Assembly: GCA_048881705.1 (NCBI GenBank)
Contig: JBHLSH010000065.1
Span: 1-18,450, forward strand
From: Candidatus Heimdallarchaeota archaeon
Lineage (GTDB): Archaea; Asgardarchaeota; Heimdallarchaeia; Hodarchaeales; Hodarchaeaceae
DNA length: 18,450 bases
Direction of reading: 5' to 3'
This document shows, one piece after another, positions 17,649 through 18,450 of the stretch. Within the stretch, counting starts at the first letter, position 1. Each line of letters starts with the position of its first letter. The notes under the pieces were generated by a model. It ran no database searches and was not told the origin of the DNA. It saw only the letters and a list, made by a program, of their open reading frames with translations. A program made the position numbers and the translations under genes.

Positions 17649-18450
17649 ATGAGATCAAGGAAACTGCTAGAAGTCATGAGACGGGCTGAAACAGGACCAA
17701 TTGCTTTAGAAAATCACTTTGACATTCAGATATTAAATTCCAAGGTAAAAGAAGTCCTCAAAGAATATGATATTAGATTTCCAAAAGAGACGGTTATCCC
17801 GAATGATAGCAACTTAGCGGACTCGTTGTTTCAGGCGGCAGTAGATCTATACCTAGAAACTGGTACGTACTGTATGAGTACCCATAGACAGATTAAATTC
17901 GAAGAAACCGAAATTAGGGACGCCTTGAAAGAAGCGCCATCGGAGATTACATTCGGTGAGGGAAAGGATATGAGAAAAATGACCCATCGGCAGATTGAAG
18001 ACAAAATACCCCCGCTTTGTCTAACCTCAGGTGGTTGCGAAATTTCGGAGGAGATTTATGTTAAGCTAATCCAAAGCTATGCTCAAGAACCCCTGGCAGA
18101 CACAATTAGCGGGGGATTTCCGCTTCATTCAATCGGTGGAATGGAACCAAAACCTGGCACGCCTGCTGAGGTTTTAGCTTCGATTTATAACATTAAATAT
18201 GCTAAAGAAGGTGCCAAGCGTGCTGGTCGCCCATCCATCGGATTTCACAACTTATTGGGAAGCGCTCTCTCTGCCTCGGGATATATTGCCGCAACCCAGC
18301 CTGAATATGGGGTGCGTCCTGTCGATGGAAATCTCATAGCATCAATGGCTGAACTCAAGACAGACTACGCTCAATTGTCAAAGGCGCTCTATTATACGGA
18401 ACGAGACAATGTCCTCATTGGTGCAGTGTACGTACCACTATTGGGTGGAT
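17649..18450 (+). CDS. mtmB: Monomethylamine methyltransferase MtmB-family protein, non-pyrrolysine type; 3' end beyond the window; absent from the ORF track
   Basis: Translated by hand: 267 codons with no stop. RRAETGP, ADSLFQAAVDLYLETGTYCMSTHRQIKFEETEI, FGEGKD, SYAQEPLADTI, GTPAEVLA, AGRPSIG, ELKTD and PLLGG align with MtmB (AKVGE, LLECGIYCTDTHR, AGRPGMG, ELKID, PIFGG) as I remember that sequence. Confidence 0.93.
   Translation, partial: MRSRKLLEVMRRAETGPIALENHFDIQILNSKVKEVLKEYDIRFPKETVIPNDSNLADSLFQAAVDLYLETGTYCMSTHRQIKFEETEIRDALKEAPSEITFGEGKDMRKMTHRQIEDKIPPLCLTSGGCEISEEIYVKLIQSYAQEPLADTISGGFPLHSIGGMEPKPGTPAEVLASIYNIKYAKEGAKRAGRPSIGFHNLLGSALSASGYIAATQPEYGVRPVDGNLIASMAELKTDYAQLSKALYYTERDNVLIGAVYVPLLGG

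Overview
Gene-dense, AT-rich archaeal window. A eukaryote-like actin, GGTGA/GGAG ribosome-binding motifs and a TTTATA-type promoter point to an Asgard archaeon; this taxonomy is an inference. Gene order: actin; C-N hydrolase; ICMT/PEMT-family methyltransferase; possible decayed gene; SPOUT RNA methyltransferase with a THUMP-like N-terminus; aldo/keto reductase; DHA2 MFS exporter; GNAT; Ddn-type F420-dependent oxidoreductase; PatB/MalY lyase; SRPBCC protein; an unannotated 51-aa ORF; SagB/ThcOx-type dehydrogenase; alpha/beta hydrolase; shortened DRG-like GTPase; methyltransferase corrinoid protein; acyltransferase-3; and an MtmB-family methyltransferase that runs off the window and is missing from the ORF track. 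The strongest lead is the MtmB homologue: it has His where pyrrolysine normally sits and appears to lack both active-site glutamates, so it is a candidate corrinoid methyltransferase system of unknown substrate. The second lead is the small ORF with a double-glycine-like leader 8 nt upstream of the SagB-type gene. I saw no tRNA, rRNA, CRISPR array or transposase. All family assignments come from motif recognition and remembered reference sequences; no searches were run.
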